64,000 nucleotides of DNA from an uncultured Rickettsiales bacterium (GTDB lineage: Bacteria; Pseudomonadota; Alphaproteobacteria; Rickettsiales; SXRF01). The translations under genes and the position numbers were made by a program. The notes under the pieces are model-generated. The model was given only the letters and a program-made list of their open reading frames with translations, searched no databases and was not told the DNA's origin. Numbering within the stretch: the first letter of the stretch is position 1; every line of letters starts with the position of its first letter. The DNA lies in the NCBI GenBank assembly GCA_964645205.1, contig CAZYBO010000003.1, positions 634 through 64,633 on the forward strand, in the 5' to 3' direction. This document shows positions 62,714 through 64,000 of the stretch, one piece after another.

Positions 62714-62860
62714 TTCCCTCTCCCCTTGTGGGAGAGGGCGATTTTCCTTAGGCTTGGCAACGCCAAGTCTTAGGAAAATCAGGGTGAGGGGTACGCTTGC
62801 TTACTTAGTATGTGGAGCCAGCCCCCTCTCCCCTGCCCTCTCCCACAAGGGGAGAGGGAG
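62714..62860. repeat. palindromic repeat family C, composite copy C2 with a nested second palindrome
   Basis: Ends are CCCTCTCCCCTTGTGGGAGAGGG and CCCTCTCCCACAAGGGGAGAGGG. The right half GTGGAGCCAGCCCCCTCTCCCCTGCCCTC matches C1. An internal imperfect palindrome lies at 62740-62780. Confidence 0.85.
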
Positions 62861-62866
62861 AAGAAA

Positions 62867-63514
62867 TTAGGTGCGGAAGAGTGCGGTAGGCCCTGCAGGG
62901 CGGCGGCGTGTATCGGGGGGCAGTAATTCGCTACGAAGCACTTGGGCGAGCGTATCCTTATGCATCAAAAGGCCGGGCTCCAAAGGGGTTCTTTCTACGG
63001 TAAAATCCTGCCTCCCAAACGGGTGTATAGCATCCGGGTGATTGTGCGCGGAGAAAAGCATGCCTAACTGCGTCATCTTAATCTTCCTCGCGTCCTCATC
63101 TTCAGGAAGCGGGATAAACACGAGATCGCCTATCCCAGGCTCTGCATTCGCAAGCGGGTGCATCAACTGGTTGCGCAGCAGGCCAAGCTCAGCCTGAATC
63201 GCCTCCGCATATTGCTGTGCTGGCATCCACGACGGCGGCGCGAGAAGAGAAATGGTATCCAACGTATCGTGATGGATGTAACTGAGCGTATGTGAAAGTT
63301 CCGGGTCTTTTCTCCCCAACACTTCACTGGCGGCTACCGCTATGAATTCCTTGATCGCTGCTGTCTGCTCGCGCGGGGAATCGGAAACGTCGAGCAGCAT
63401 ATGGCCGTTATGCACTTCGATATGGGCGAGCTTCGCAGCCTGCCTTACCGCCTCGTCGAAAACGCTGACATGTTCTTTGGCGATTCCGCTTCTTTTCGTG
63501 AATGATCTCGACAT
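62867..63514 (-). CDS. orphan protein, tandem paralog of the upstream ORF
   Basis: Start at ATG 63512-63514 with AGGAG upstream. Shares LDTI...APP...AIQ..LG..R..L and IP...E...QL blocks with the 63531-63986 product. Confidence 0.5.
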   Translation of the reverse strand: MSRSFTKRSGIAKEHVSVFDEAVRQAAKLAHIEVHNGHMLLDVSDSPREQTAAIKEFIAVAASEVLGRKDPELSHTLSYIHHDTLDTISLLAPPSWMPAQQYAEAIQAELGLLRNQLMHPLANAEPGIGDLVFIPLPEDEDARKIKMTQLGMLFSAHNHPDAIHPFGRQDFTVERTPLEPGLLMHKDTLAQVLRSELLPPDTRRRPAGPTALFRT

Positions 63515-63530
63515 AGCTGCTCCTACTTTT

Positions 63531-63986
63531 TTAAATTCCCATATACCAGCTGGCAAGCGTGCCGGTGCGCGCGTGTTCCGCATAGCTACCGTGCCACAAT
63601 TCGTTTTCAAGCACCACTCTCGCGGCTTGTTTGCTGATCATGATGCCTGCTTTTTTACCGTCTTCCCACACGTACGCCCCGGCGTGAACCTGATCGGCGA
63701 TGCCATGCGCGTTTGCCAGAATATCGAGCTGCGCGGCTTTTACCTCGGCTTCGTGTTGATCACTAACGGGGATGTAATTGTGCGTAGCAGACTCTTTCGT
63801 TTTCGCCTGCCTTAAGGTCGCCAGCAAATCCCTGCGCACATTTCCAAGCGCGTTCTGGATGGCAATCATATATTCGGAGCGCTTCATGCCCGCAGGCGGC
63901 GCCGGAAGCGAAACCGTATGGCCTGCATCATGATGCGCGTATTTCTGGAGGGTGTGGATGGTATCCAAGCCTTCCTGAACATGCAC
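63531..63986 (-). CDS. orphan protein, possibly 5'-truncated by the window edge
   Basis: The ORF is open to within 14 nt of the window end. Paralogous blocks are shared with the downstream gene. Confidence 0.4.
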   Translation of the reverse strand: MHVQEGLDTIHTLQKYAHHDAGHTVSLPAPPAGMKRSEYMIAIQNALGNVRRDLLATLRQAKTKESATHNYIPVSDQHEAEVKAAQLDILANAHGIADQVHAGAYVWEDGKKAGIMISKQAARVVLENELWHGSYAEHARTGTLASWYMGI

Positions 63987-64000
63987 GTCGCTCGCGGCTA

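Noticed and set aside
5015-62860. Whether the repeat families constitute a CRISPR array, or can be named as known elements (RPE, REP, ERIC)
   Set aside because: The copies are dispersed singly rather than arranged as regularly spaced arrays with unique spacers, so they are not CRISPR. I cannot verify sequence homology to any named family without a database search, so they are only described as RPE-like in behaviour.

Overview
All calls come from reading the sequence and from remembered family motifs. No BLAST, HMM or folding was run.

**Backbone.** The window looks like a chromosomal segment of a flagellated alphaproteobacterium. Supporting this are ALA synthase hemA translationally coupled to ctaA, a FlbD-type sigma-54 flagellar regulator, and Caulobacter-like gene order: fliF-fliG-fliH-fliN, then flbD-flhA-flhF-flhG and a FliK-like gene. 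The GC-rich backbone carries:
- DNA repair and topology genes: recG, mfd, parE, uvrD, comEC
- translation genes: tyrS, gltX, def, fmt, truA, tRNA-Pro(CGG)
- metabolism genes: glnE, bcp, asd, ispB, anmK
- a second small flagellar operon, fliO-fliP

**AT-rich islets.** Visibly AT-richer islets interrupt the backbone. They encode orphan proteins, including a 618-aa curlin-repeat protein with no csg partner genes nearby, two sets of paralogous orphans, and a carbamoyltransferase cassette.

**Two signals stand out:**
1. A roughly 20-bp direct-repeat box, (G/T)TCAT-n-AAATC-(G/T)TCAT. It resembles a Pho box or OmpR-family site and occupies the -35 position 16-18 bp upstream of TAnAAT hexamers. It sits in front of several unrelated orphan genes, which suggests an undescribed regulon.
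2. At least four families of short palindromic or tandem repeats. Copies lie in frame inside essential genes (mfd helicase core, the fliP signal-peptide region, the sdhE C-terminus, recG). Other copies lie at convergent gene ends, where they could act as terminators.

No CRISPR array, rRNA, transposase, integrase or recognisable defence system was seen.
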